Part shown: piece by piece, positions 23,738 to 33,571 of the stretch
How the letters are laid out: each line of letters begins with the position of its first letter
Numbering within the stretch: the stretch's first letter is position 1
Source: Candidatus Multivoradales bacterium
GTDB taxonomy: Bacteria > Acidobacteriota > Thermoanaerobaculia > Multivoradales > JAHEKO01
DNA length: 64,000 bases
Assembly (NCBI GenBank): GCA_965223155.1
Contig: CBDCVR010000013.1
Span: forward strand, 32,001 to 96,000
Direction: 5' to 3'
Translations under genes and position numbers: made by a program
The notes under the pieces: model-generated
Databases searched by the model: none
Seen by the model: only the letters and a program-made list of their open reading frames with translations
What the model was told of the DNA's origin: nothing

Positions 23738-24738
23738 GGTCGCGCTGGGGTTTCGTTGCTGTTTCGGTCGCGGCGGCCCTGGCCGTCGCGGCGCCAGCCC
23801 GCTCCTTCGAAACCGATCAATTTCTCGCGCTCACGGCCGAGATTGAGGATTCGGCGCCGGTCCTGAACGAGTTCCTGAACGCGGAGCTGGCCGCGCTCCT
23901 GGCTCAGGAGAAGACGGCGGATCTGCCGTGTACCGGGGTCACGAGCCGCTACTTCCGGCGGCTTTTTCAGGGCCTCCACGCTTCGCGCTTTCAGCGGTTC
24001 TTGAAGAGCGAGCCGGCGGTGGATCTCTTCCCCGACGACCTCGGTTACTGGGAGCACCTTCGCCGTAGCATCTATCGGGATCCCGCGTTTCCATTCGTCT
24101 TGCCGCTGTCGCCCACGATTCGGGTCGGTGAGGTGCGCTTCGGCCTTGACAAGTTCGGGCATCTATTCGGCTTTGGGCGCCGGTACTACCAGCGGTATCT
24201 GGAGCTCCGCCGGCGCGGTCTGACGGAGGAGGAGGCCTTGCGCAAAGTGGTGGTGCGCGGCATCCGCCAGGAGCGTTTCTTCCTCGGCGGGATCGCCGAC
24301 GGCGTCTTCTCCTACGCCGACCTCGAGGCCAACTACCAAGGGCTGGTCATGGCTCGCTCGTTTTGCGAGGCGGATCCCGAGGTCGAGACCGAACCGCTCC
24401 TCACGCGGGTCGATGGCGGTTGGAGGGCGGCGCGAGACCTGGATCTTCGCCGTTTCGTCACCCCCAGCTTCGACGAGTCGTTCAATACGAACCACTACAC
24501 CTGGATGCGGCGAAGCAACGTGCGCCGGATTCTTACGGTCGAGCACTGCGGTCCCTGGGCGTCGGAGGTCGTGCAAGAGCGATTCACGCGGTATCGACGG
24601 CTCGACCGCCCCAGCTTGGCCCGGGACGTGGTGGCCGAGTACTTCGCGCGCCGGAACTCGGCGATGCAGCAGGAGCAGGCGATGGAGACGATCTGCGGCG
24701 GAGGCGGCGAGAAGACGACTGTGCCGTCCGCCAGGTAG
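23734..24738 (+). CDS. Secreted conserved hypothetical protein
   Basis: TTG start overlapping upstream TGA, signal peptide, then FETDQF; DKFGH and SYADLEAN segments look like conserved motifs. Confidence 0.65.
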   Translation: MRSRWGFVAVSVAAALAVAAPARSFETDQFLALTAEIEDSAPVLNEFLNAELAALLAQEKTADLPCTGVTSRYFRRLFQGLHASRFQRFLKSEPAVDLFPDDLGYWEHLRRSIYRDPAFPFVLPLSPTIRVGEVRFGLDKFGHLFGFGRRYYQRYLELRRRGLTEEEALRKVVVRGIRQERFFLGGIADGVFSYADLEANYQGLVMARSFCEADPEVETEPLLTRVDGGWRAARDLDLRRFVTPSFDESFNTNHYTWMRRSNVRRILTVEHCGPWASEVVQERFTRYRRLDRPSLARDVVAEYFARRNSAMQQEQAMETICGGGGEKTTVPSAR

Positions 24739-24834
24739 GCACCGCGGTCAAGATCGAGTGCCCGCCGCCTGCAAGGCGAGAATCGGGCGACCTGGTGGGG
24801 CGTGTCGAAGTCCAGGCCGCTGTAGACTTCGCTG

Positions 24835-25821
24835 ATGAACTTCGGCTCGCCGTCTCGCTCCACTTGTCTCGCTGTCTTCCTTGTACTCGTCCTTGGGGTC
24901 GCCTGCGCTCCGGGCCCGCCCGAGGCATCCACCGATGGATCGACCGATGGGTCCAATGGCGCCGCGGCCGAGGCTCGGCCTTCCGAAGTCGACGCCGAGC
25001 ATGTCGCCGCGGTCGAGGCGTGGCGAGCCAAGCGAGACGCCAGCCTGCGGAAGGAAGATGGCTGGTTGAGTCTGGTGGGGCTCTTCTGGCTGGACGAGGG
25101 CGCCAACTCCTTCGGCTCCGGTCCGGACAACGATTTGGTGTTTCCCGCCGGGACGATCGCGGAGGCCGCGGGCGTGTTGCGCCGCACCGGACAGACCGTG
25201 GAGCTCGAGCCGGCCGAGGGCGTCGAATTGACGGTGGACGGCGAGGCGGTCGAGGGTTCGCGCGAGCTGGTCTCCGACGTCGCGGGTGCGGACTACTCCC
25301 GAGTCGAGCACGGTTCGCTCCTCTTCTATGTCATCGAGCGGGGTGAGCTCGTGGGCATTCGATTGAAGGACAGCCAGAGCCGGGCGCTTGCCGAGTTCAC
25401 GGGCATGGAGAGTTTCCCGATCGACCCGAGCTGGAGAATCGAAGCCGACTACGAGCCTTATGACGAGCCCAGGAGCCTGCGAATCCCGAACATCCTGGGG
25501 ACCTCATCCGAGGCCGAGATCCTGGGCGCGGTTTCGTTCGAGCGAGACGGCCAGCGCTACGTGCTCCAGGGCACGGGCAGCCCGGAGACGTGGTTCTTCC
25601 TGGTTTTCGGTGACGAGACCAACGGGGTCGAGACCTATGGAGCCGGCCGGTTCGTCTATACCGAGCCGGTGCGCGAGGACGGCAAAGTCATGGTGGATTT
25701 CAACGTTGCCTACAACCCGCCGTGTGTCTTCACGCCGTTCGCGACCTGTCCGCTGCCGCCGCCCGAGAACAAGCTGCCGATCCGGATCGAGGCGGGCGAG
25801 ACGTCGTATCAGGGCCACTGA
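24835..25821 (+). CDS. DUF1684 family lipoprotein
   Basis: Lipobox GVAC; GWLSLVGLFWL, DETNGVETYGAGRF, DFNVAYNPPCVFTPFATCPLPP. Confidence 0.85.
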   Translation: MNFGSPSRSTCLAVFLVLVLGVACAPGPPEASTDGSTDGSNGAAAEARPSEVDAEHVAAVEAWRAKRDASLRKEDGWLSLVGLFWLDEGANSFGSGPDNDLVFPAGTIAEAAGVLRRTGQTVELEPAEGVELTVDGEAVEGSRELVSDVAGADYSRVEHGSLLFYVIERGELVGIRLKDSQSRALAEFTGMESFPIDPSWRIEADYEPYDEPRSLRIPNILGTSSEAEILGAVSFERDGQRYVLQGTGSPETWFFLVFGDETNGVETYGAGRFVYTEPVREDGKVMVDFNVAYNPPCVFTPFATCPLPPPENKLPIRIEAGETSYQGH

Positions 25822-26011
25822 CCAGGCCGCTGGCCAAGAGTTGGCCTCCAAGGCATGACGCTGGGTTCGCCGGCCCCGAGGGCCCGTTTTCGGACCGTCC
25901 TGGACGGTGCCGAAGCTCGGGAGCCGGCGGCCAATTCTTGATAGCCTTCGGCCGGCCGCCACGCGGCGGCTCGAGCATCACCACCTCGAACTTCGCAATC
26001 CACCCCCTGTT

Positions 26012-27340
26012 ATGCCGGAGAGACAAGACGTCGTCCTAGGTGGAGGCTTGGCCGGTCTCTCGGCCGCCTACACGCTCCAGACTTCCGGTCAGGAGGGTTG
26101 GCAGATCTACGAGCGCGAGGAGCGGGTCGGTGGGCTGGCGCGTACCCAGGTGGTGGACGGCTACCGGTTCGACTACGGGCCGCACATCCTGTTCACCATC
26201 GACGAGGAGATGCGCGAGCTGATTCAGGATCTTCTGGGCGAGAACTTCCACGCTCAGGAGCGCGAGGCGTACATCTATCACCGGGCCCACGATCTCTACA
26301 CGCGGTTTCCGTTTCAGGCCCACCTCTACGGCTTGCCGGTTCCGATCGTGCGCGAGTGCCTGGTGGGCCTGGTGGACGCGGTTCAGGCGCAGGCCCGTGG
26401 CGAGTTCGAGCCGGCCAATTACGAGGAGTGGATGTCCGGGTTCTTCGGCGAGGGCATCGCCAAGCACCTGATGATGCCCTACGCCAGAAAGATCTGGACG
26501 GTCGAGCCGTCGAGCATGGATTTCAGCTGGATCGGGCGCCGGGTGCCGACGCCCAATGTCGAGCGGATCCTCCAGGGCGCGCTTACCGACGAGGTCGATC
26601 AGGTCGGCGCGACCTCCAAGTTCTGGTACACGAAGCGCGGCGGCATCGAGCCTCTACCTAAGGCATTGGGCGAGCGGGTCTCGAACATCCATCTCGAACG
26701 CGCCGCGGTCAAGATCGAGCTGCCGGAAAAGCAGGTGGTCTTCGCCGACGGCGAGGTCGTCCGTTTCGATCGGATGATCTACACGCTGCCGCTTCCCTTC
26801 CTGCCGCGCTTCGTGGACAACCTGCCACCTGAGGTCGAACGGGCGTGCGACGGACTTCGCTACCAGGGAATCTACTGCGTCAACCTGGGCATCGATCGCG
26901 AGAAGATCTCGGACAAGCACTGGATCTACTACTACGAAGACGAGTTTCCGTTTCACCGGCTGTCCTTGCCGGCGAACTTCAGCCCCGACACCGTGCCCGC
27001 CGGCAAGAGCTCGATCTCCACCGAGGTCGCGTTCTCGGACGTTCGTCCCCTGGACCGCGACACCGCGGTCGAGCAGACCATCGCCGGGCTCAAGGCCGCC
27101 CGGCTCATCGATGACGGTGACACAATCGAATTGGTCCATACGGAGGAGATCTATCCGGCGTATGTGATCTACGATCTGGATCACAGCCGGAACGTGGAGA
27201 CGATTCGAACGTGGCTGCGCCAGCACGACATCTGGAACGTCGGACGCTTCGGAGAATGGCAGTACTTCAACATGGATCACTCGATGCGGAGCGGGCGGCG
27301 CGCGGCCGAAGAGATCCTTGGAGTGGGGGCCTCGGGCTGA
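26012..27340 (+). CDS. FAD-dependent oxidoreductase, UDP-galactopyranose mutase / protoporphyrinogen-oxidase-like
   Basis: GGGLAGL, GGLART, FDYGPH, GRFGEWQYFNMD; located in a glycosyltransferase cluster. Confidence 0.75.
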   Translation: MPERQDVVLGGGLAGLSAAYTLQTSGQEGWQIYEREERVGGLARTQVVDGYRFDYGPHILFTIDEEMRELIQDLLGENFHAQEREAYIYHRAHDLYTRFPFQAHLYGLPVPIVRECLVGLVDAVQAQARGEFEPANYEEWMSGFFGEGIAKHLMMPYARKIWTVEPSSMDFSWIGRRVPTPNVERILQGALTDEVDQVGATSKFWYTKRGGIEPLPKALGERVSNIHLERAAVKIELPEKQVVFADGEVVRFDRMIYTLPLPFLPRFVDNLPPEVERACDGLRYQGIYCVNLGIDREKISDKHWIYYYEDEFPFHRLSLPANFSPDTVPAGKSSISTEVAFSDVRPLDRDTAVEQTIAGLKAARLIDDGDTIELVHTEEIYPAYVIYDLDHSRNVETIRTWLRQHDIWNVGRFGEWQYFNMDHSMRSGRRAAEEILGVGASG

Positions 27341-27344
27341 GGCC

Positions 27345-28352
27345 ATGGCGGGCGCGCGCCCGGGGCGCCGAACGGTGACCGGCGGGCGCCACCCGGAGGG
27401 CGAGAGGTCGGGACCGAGCACGAGAGGCCAGGTCCCTGCCGCGGTTGCGGTCATCCTCGTCAACTGGAACAACTCCGAGGACAGCTTGCACGTTCTCGCT
27501 CAGCTCGACGGCGTCGGGCTGGCGCCGGGCCGGGAGCTGCGCCACGTGGTGGTCGACAACGCCTCGACCGACGGTTCGGCCGAACGAATTCGTGCCGAGC
27601 GTCCCGACGTTCGCCTGATCGAGGCCGGAGCCAACGACGGCTTCGCCGCCGGTAACGTGATCGGCATCCGGGAGGCCGTTCGCGAGCCCGGCGTCGGCTG
27701 GGTTCTCATCATCAACAGCGACGTGACCGTGTCGCCTGATTTCTTGGAGCCCTTGATCGAAGCCTGTAGCGAGCCAGAAGTAGCCGCGGCGTCGCCCAGG
27801 ATCTACTACGAGGAACCGAAAGATCGGCTCTGGGCCGCCGGAGGCCTGCTGCGCCTGCGGGAAACCGTGACTCGCGAGCTGGGTCGGGATCGACCGGACG
27901 GGCCGCCTTTCGACCGGCCGCGAGACGTGACGTATCTCACCACTTGTTGCCTCTTGGTCTCGGTCGAAGCTCTCGAAACCGTGGGTCTCTTTGATCCGCT
28001 GTACTTCATCTGCGTGGAAGACGCCGACTGGTGCCGGCGCGCGGCTTTGGCCGGATACCGGCTCCGATACGTTCCCGAGAGCCGGATCTGGCACCGGGTG
28101 TCGGCGTCGACCGGAGGCGGCTATACCCCGCTGCGCACGTACCACACGGCCCGTTCGAACGCCCTCTTCGTGCGTCGCCACCACGGCGCGGCGGGCCTGG
28201 CGTACTTTGTGGCCGTGTGTCTGGCGGCACTGCCGGTAGCTTTCGTGCGCGAGCTCTTTCACGGCAACACCCGCGCGGTCTGGGCCAAGGCACGCGGCCT
28301 TTGGCGGGGGCTGCGCGATCCTCTGACGCAGCCGCCGCCGCTGTCGGAGTAG
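27345..28352 (+). CDS. Glycosyltransferase family 2
   Basis: VNWN, VDNASTDGS, NSD, EDADWC motifs. Confidence 0.85.
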   Translation: MAGARPGRRTVTGGRHPEGERSGPSTRGQVPAAVAVILVNWNNSEDSLHVLAQLDGVGLAPGRELRHVVVDNASTDGSAERIRAERPDVRLIEAGANDGFAAGNVIGIREAVREPGVGWVLIINSDVTVSPDFLEPLIEACSEPEVAAASPRIYYEEPKDRLWAAGGLLRLRETVTRELGRDRPDGPPFDRPRDVTYLTTCCLLVSVEALETVGLFDPLYFICVEDADWCRRAALAGYRLRYVPESRIWHRVSASTGGGYTPLRTYHTARSNALFVRRHHGAAGLAYFVAVCLAALPVAFVRELFHGNTRAVWAKARGLWRGLRDPLTQPPPLSE

Positions 28353-28401
28353 CAGCGTTTCAACAGATTTCGCGAGTCTCCGCGGTGTCCAGCGATCAGG
28401 A

Positions 28402-28980
28402 TCAGTCCGGGCTCTCGATGGGAGGCGAATCGGGCTCTGCCGGGGAAGACTCGGCAGCCGAGGACTCCAGCGGCCGGCTGGTTGCCGGAGCGCCGACCGC
28501 TAGGGAGTTCGCCGGAACATCCGAGGTGACCACCGCGTTGGCGGCGATGAAGGAATCGTCACCGATCCGGATGCCGCCGAGGAGCTTGGCGCCTGCACCG
28601 ACGGTGACGCGGTTGCCCAGGGTCGGACAGGAGGTTTCGCTAAAGCGGGCTTCGCCCAGGGTGACGCCTTGCAACAGCGTGCAGTCGCTTCCCAGGATGG
28701 ACTCGCCGCCAATGACGATGCCGACGCCGTGTGGGATGTAGAGGCCAGGTCCGATCTGGGCTTGGGGCAGGATGTCGATGCCGCTCAGGCCGATCGCGCA
28801 GCGTCGGCACACCGCCGGCAACAGAGGAATTCCCCAGCGCTTCAGCGTCGCGGCCAGGCGGTGGGCCAGGATTGCCTGGAAGCCGGCGTCCAAGAGGCCG
28901 GCATCGAAGAACGTCCGCCAGAAGCCCCAGCCCTTGATCTCGCGGAGTCTGCGAAAGTCCCGGCTGAGGTTAGGCCACAT
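28402..28980 (-). CDS. Serine O-acetyltransferase-like hexapeptide acetyltransferase (WcaB/EpsC type)
   Basis: IGPGLYIPHGVGIVIG, QGVTLG, IGDDSFIAANAVV left-handed beta-helix repeats. Confidence 0.85.
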   Translation of the reverse strand: MWPNLSRDFRRLREIKGWGFWRTFFDAGLLDAGFQAILAHRLAATLKRWGIPLLPAVCRRCAIGLSGIDILPQAQIGPGLYIPHGVGIVIGGESILGSDCTLLQGVTLGEARFSETSCPTLGNRVTVGAGAKLLGGIRIGDDSFIAANAVVTSDVPANSLAVGAPATSRPLESSAAESSPAEPDSPPIESPD

Positions 28981-29776
28981 GAGGTTTCGATCGAAGCGAC
29001 CGCAGTGATTGCAGAAGGCCCAGGCGCGGCAGACGCCGCCACAGGTGGTACCAGCCCGTGGCCTGAAGCCTGAATTCTACCCGGCTGGCTCCGGCCACCA
29101 CGACCGCTCGGGGCAGCGCGTAGGGTCGGCCGCGACCTACTCCCGGCTGGCCGTAGACGCTGACCGCGCCCCGGTAGCCGGCCTCGTCGCAGGCGGCTCG
29201 GGCCTCGGGCCCGAAGTGCCCGTAGGGATAGCAGAAGGTCTCGACGGGATCGCCGACCGCGCTCTCGAGTGCCTGCTTGGCATCGCGGATCTCGCGGTCG
29301 AGGGCGTCCGGAGCCGCCTGGCCGAGGTCGAGGTGGCTCGCCGAGTGGCAGCCGATCTCGAAGCCCTCCGCTGCCAGGGTGCGAAGCTCGGAAGCATCGA
29401 GGAGTTCTTCGGGCCGCTCGCCGCATTCCTGGTCCCAGCGGTTGGAACCGCCCAGCTCGTCAGTAACGGCGAAGAGTGTCGCGGTCATGCCCCGACGCTC
29501 GAGCTCTGGCAGGGCATGTTCGAGAAAGCACTTGCAGCCGTCGTCGAAGGTGAGGACGACTTGGCGCCCGGATGCTGCGGGATCCGATCCCGAGCGCCAG
29601 GCCCTGAGAGCCCGCGCGAGGGTGACGGTCTCGATGCGGTGGGCTTGGAGCCAGTCGAGCTGGCCGGCGAACTCGGACCGGCCGAGATAGCCGCCGGTGT
29701 GAACCGGCGCCGGGTCGAGCGGGCGCGGCTCGACGTGGTGGTACATGAGGATGGGGACGCGCAGGGGGCCGCTCAT
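28970..29776 (-). CDS. Polysaccharide deacetylase (CE4/NodB)
   Basis: ILMYH, LTFDDG, GCHSASH, FCYPYG. Confidence 0.85.
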   Translation of the reverse strand: MSGPLRVPILMYHHVEPRPLDPAPVHTGGYLGRSEFAGQLDWLQAHRIETVTLARALRAWRSGSDPAASGRQVVLTFDDGCKCFLEHALPELERRGMTATLFAVTDELGGSNRWDQECGERPEELLDASELRTLAAEGFEIGCHSASHLDLGQAAPDALDREIRDAKQALESAVGDPVETFCYPYGHFGPEARAACDEAGYRGAVSVYGQPGVGRGRPYALPRAVVVAGASRVEFRLQATGWYHLWRRLPRLGLLQSLRSLRSKPHVA

Positions 29777-30930
29777 GACGCCGCCACCATCGATCGAAAG
29801 AGCCGCGCGTAGGCGTCGGCGGTGCGTTCGAAGGAGAAGCCCTCGGCCCGCCGCCTCGGAACGTCGTGCCATTGGCGTCGAAGAGCCTGCTCGAGACTCT
29901 CGGCGTAGGCATCGAGGTCTCCCGGCGGGAAGTAGGTCCCGGCCTCGCCGATCACCTCGCGGCGCACCGCGTCGTCGGGAGCCACGCAGGGCGTGTTGGC
30001 GGCGAGGGCTTCCAGATACACTAGGCCGAAGGCTTCGGTCTTGGAGGCCAACGTACAGCAGTCGGCGTGGGCATACCAGGCCGGCAGCTGGGCGCGAGGG
30101 ACCTGGAGACGGAGGTACCGGTCGGGTCCGAGAAGCTCGGCCGCAAGCTCATCCATGGCCCCTTGCAGCGGACCGTCGCCCAGAGCGACGAGGGTGCCGC
30201 GGCCGAGTCGAGCCATGGCTCCGATGGTGTGGTCCAGTTGCTTGTGTCCGTCGATGTGCCCCACGTAGAGGACGATCGGCCGCTCGAGTCCGGCGAGGCG
30301 GACCGGGGGAGAGGTCTCGGGCGTAAAGAGGTCTAGATCGACGCCGTGGGGGATCACCTCGATCGGCGCCCCGGGCGCGAGCTCGGCCAGCGTGCCCGCG
30401 AAAGTCTGTGTGAAGACGACAGTACGGTCGGGCTGGTTGCGGGCGAAGGCGCCCTCCCACTTGGCGCTGAGACCATGGGCGATGTCGACGAACGGCGTGC
30501 CGTGGCGCCGGCGCAGGGAGCGCGCGATCCAGCCACCGACGAGGCCGCCTTCCATCACGACGAGATCGTAGCGCCCACGAGCGAGCTTGGGCCACGCGTT
30601 GAGAGCGGCCGTCGCCCACTCGGTGTTGATCGGGTCCAGGAACAGGGTGTCGAGCGCCTTGCGCTTGAAGCTGAGGTTTCGATACGGCCACCAGATGAGC
30701 GGCGCGTCTCGGGGCAAGGCATGGATGCGCTGGTGGGGGATGTCGACCGCGCCGCGGCAGAGGAGCGTCGGGTCGATGCCGCGCCCCGGCAATGCACGGC
30801 AGAGCTCGAGGACGAAAGCCTCGGCTCCGCGGTGAACGACTCCGGCTCCGGGCATGACGAATGCCACGCGCAGGCGCTCTTCTTGCGGCTCGGTGGGACG
30901 CATCGGGTTCGGTGGGGCTGGCGGCGTCAT
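29773..30930 (-). CDS. Glycosyltransferase family 4
   Basis: IPHGVD, EAFGLVYLEALA GT-B signature. Confidence 0.85.
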   Translation of the reverse strand: MTPPAPPNPMRPTEPQEERLRVAFVMPGAGVVHRGAEAFVLELCRALPGRGIDPTLLCRGAVDIPHQRIHALPRDAPLIWWPYRNLSFKRKALDTLFLDPINTEWATAALNAWPKLARGRYDLVVMEGGLVGGWIARSLRRRHGTPFVDIAHGLSAKWEGAFARNQPDRTVVFTQTFAGTLAELAPGAPIEVIPHGVDLDLFTPETSPPVRLAGLERPIVLYVGHIDGHKQLDHTIGAMARLGRGTLVALGDGPLQGAMDELAAELLGPDRYLRLQVPRAQLPAWYAHADCCTLASKTEAFGLVYLEALAANTPCVAPDDAVRREVIGEAGTYFPPGDLDAYAESLEQALRRQWHDVPRRRAEGFSFERTADAYARLFRSMVAAS

Positions 30931-32384
30931 GGTACCGGCGGCGCCCCGTCGGTCAGACCGTCTCCTCCCAGATCGCTCCGGAAGAACGTGCGGAACGGGC
31001 CGGCGAAGCGTTTGAGATAGATCGCGCCGGCGAGGGCCACGACCGCCAGCGAAGCGAAGAATCGCGGCCAGGTCTCAGCCGGGAAGACGACCGTCAGCGC
31101 CCAGAAGAAGGGCAGCGGCAGGAGGTAGATGAAGAGGAGATCCCGCGTCAGCCGGAAGAACTCGGGTCCGCAGATCTTCCAAACCCGCCAAGCCATCAAG
31201 AGGTTGCCCAGGAGCAGGTAGTGCGCCCAGGCCATGCCGCGGGTGCCGAGGCCGTTGCTGAGCAAGAGGCCGAAACCGAGCAGGCAGGCGAAGTTCGCGA
31301 TCACTACGGCCAGCCAAATCCGGTCCTTCCGAAGCACTTTGAGGAGCTCGCCGCCCAGCCGGCTGAACGGATCGACCAAGGGCAGGAAGCAGAGGATCTT
31401 GACCAAGCCGACGGCCGGGAGCCAGTTGCGGCCCAAGACGATCTCCAGGATGACGATCTCGGTGTTGAAGTAGAGGAAGTAGGCCACCAGTACCTCGACC
31501 GCCAGGATGGCCACGGTGCCTAGCCGGTAGGCGGACACCAGCCGGGGGCGATCGTTGACGTAGGCCACGAGCGCCGGATAGAGGGCTCGCACCAAGGCGG
31601 GGACGATCAGAATCTGCGCCCGGAGCGACCAAAGCAAGGCCTTCTCGTACTGTCCGACCATCTCGGTGGACTCGCGAAACTTGACGACGTAGCGTCCGAT
31701 GAAGGGCATGGTGTTGCCCAGAAGAGCGATCAGAAAGAGAAGAGAGCTGCGGCGCAGGAGATCCGGAACCAGGCTCCAGTTGAAGACCAGTGGAATCTCG
31801 GCGCGCGCCCGCAGCCACAGGAAACCGGCGTAGCAGAACATGGCCACGAGCTCTCCGGCGATCAGGCTCCAGACCCCGAAGCCGGCGAGCGCCAGCCCGA
31901 TCGATACCGAGGCCATGACGAAGCTGCGGGCGATCTCGGGGACAACGAGCTGGGTAACCCGAAGGTTGCGCTCGAAGAACACCCGAGGTACCACCGAGAG
32001 CCCTTCCAGCAGGACGAAGAACGCCAGGACCCGCAACACTTCGGGCAGGCGTGGGTCCAGGCCGGCGAAAGCCCCGGCGCCGGCGATCAGGCCGACGGTC
32101 ACGATCGTGCCGGCCAGGACCTCCCAGAGGAGGACGCTGCCGTAGGGCTCCTTCTCGTTGCGAACGAGCTCGTAGGGGAGTCCGAAATCGCGGACGAAGC
32201 CGGCGATGATGACCGTTGACCAGGCCAGGGCAAACAGACCGTGCTCGTCTGGCAGCACCAGCCGGGCAAGGGCCAGATCGCTGGCTAGGCGCAGCAGCGT
32301 GCGGCCGAACTGGCTGCCGTAGGCGGCCGCGGTCGAGTGCAAGAACCTGCGCTCGGTGCTCGACTTCTGGGAGGGGGCGCTCAA
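30927..32384 (-). CDS. wzx: Oligosaccharide flippase (Wzx, PST family)
   Basis: About 12-14 TMs, LARLVLPDEHG and GFGVWSL motifs typical of WzxC-like flippases. Confidence 0.75.
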   Translation of the reverse strand: MSAPSQKSSTERRFLHSTAAAYGSQFGRTLLRLASDLALARLVLPDEHGLFALAWSTVIIAGFVRDFGLPYELVRNEKEPYGSVLLWEVLAGTIVTVGLIAGAGAFAGLDPRLPEVLRVLAFFVLLEGLSVVPRVFFERNLRVTQLVVPEIARSFVMASVSIGLALAGFGVWSLIAGELVAMFCYAGFLWLRARAEIPLVFNWSLVPDLLRRSSLLFLIALLGNTMPFIGRYVVKFRESTEMVGQYEKALLWSLRAQILIVPALVRALYPALVAYVNDRPRLVSAYRLGTVAILAVEVLVAYFLYFNTEIVILEIVLGRNWLPAVGLVKILCFLPLVDPFSRLGGELLKVLRKDRIWLAVVIANFACLLGFGLLLSNGLGTRGMAWAHYLLLGNLLMAWRVWKICGPEFFRLTRDLLFIYLLPLPFFWALTVVFPAETWPRFFASLAVVALAGAIYLKRFAGPFRTFFRSDLGGDGLTDGAPPVP

Positions 32385-33253
32385 GCGGCTTCAGTCCAGT
32401 GGGCGGCGACGGTTCGGTACCAGGTGCGCCAGAACAGAGCCACCGCGGGGAGGCAGGTCAGCGCCGGCAGTAACCGCGGGTGGCGGGTGAAGATGCCGAG
32501 AGCGCGCACCCAAGCCTTCGGCAAGGCAGCGGCTCGCAGCCGGCGCGGGCTCACCCAGGTGGGCCCGCGATCGAACACCCCGGGGTGCTTGCGCCGGAAG
32601 GTGTTGAAGTGCCGTCCGTACCAGCGGGCGTGCTCGACAAGGTCGCTCCGTGTGGCGCGTACGGCGGCGTGGCGCACGACGGCTTCGGGCTCAAAGGCGC
32701 AACCAATGCCGAGGGCGCGGGCACGAAAGAACCAATCGTGGTCCTCGCTGGTGACGAGCTCGGCGTCAAAGCCGCCGACTTCGTCCCAGGCCTGCCGTCG
32801 CATCGACAGGTTGAGGCTGCCGAGCGGCCGGCCGCTCGGGTTCTCTGGCGGATGGTTCGAGAGTAGGCCATGAAAGGACGCGATGTTGTCCGCGACCGCC
32901 CAGCGGTTGCCGTTGAGAGCGAAGTCAACACTGCCGCCCACGACCGGCGCCTCGGCCAGCGCGGTCAGATGCTCGTCCAGCCACAGGGCGGCGGGCTGGC
33001 AATCGGCGTCCAGAAAGACGAGGACGTCGCCGTGAGCGTGGTCCACGCCAAGGTTGCGCGCCCCCCCGGGAGACAGCGGGCCGTCCCCTTGGATCAGGCG
33101 AACCCGAGCCGAGGGCCGCACGACCTCCGGGCCGTCGCTGCCGACGACCAGGATCTCGGAGTCTTCCTCCGGAAGCTGGGCCGCCGCCGCCTCGACCGCG
33201 CGCCCGGCCAGCGGGCAGTCGCGGTTGGGAATGATGATCGAGACCCTGGGCAC
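32381..33253 (-). CDS. Glycosyltransferase family 2
   Basis: VSIIIP, ARNLG, FLDADC, SEDHDW. Start uncertain (GTG 33253 assumed). Confidence 0.8.
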   Translation of the reverse strand: MPRVSIIIPNRDCPLAGRAVEAAAAQLPEEDSEILVVGSDGPEVVRPSARVRLIQGDGPLSPGGARNLGVDHAHGDVLVFLDADCQPAALWLDEHLTALAEAPVVGGSVDFALNGNRWAVADNIASFHGLLSNHPPENPSGRPLGSLNLSMRRQAWDEVGGFDAELVTSEDHDWFFRARALGIGCAFEPEAVVRHAAVRATRSDLVEHARWYGRHFNTFRRKHPGVFDRGPTWVSPRRLRAAALPKAWVRALGIFTRHPRLLPALTCLPAVALFWRTWYRTVAAHWTEAA

Positions 33254-33571
33254 GTCCGGATGCTGCTGAGGCTCTGGCGATTCTCTGGATGGTGTGAGGG
33301 GCGCGGCCGCGGGCGGACGGCTCTCGGGCGCTCTGCGGGCACCGGTGTGACCGGCGGATCCCCCTCCAAGGCACCCAAAACAACAGCATATACTCACTGC
33401 TGGCCGGGAAGGGTCGGATTTTCGTAGGGCCCGGAAGACGTCTCGAGGAGGGATCGTTCGACAACCGATTTGGCTCCGCGGTGTGAGGCGGCCCATCCAG
33501 GGTCATCCAGGGCCAGGCAGAGCCAGGCCAGAGCCGAATCGAACGAGATCCAATTGAGCCAATTGAGATCG

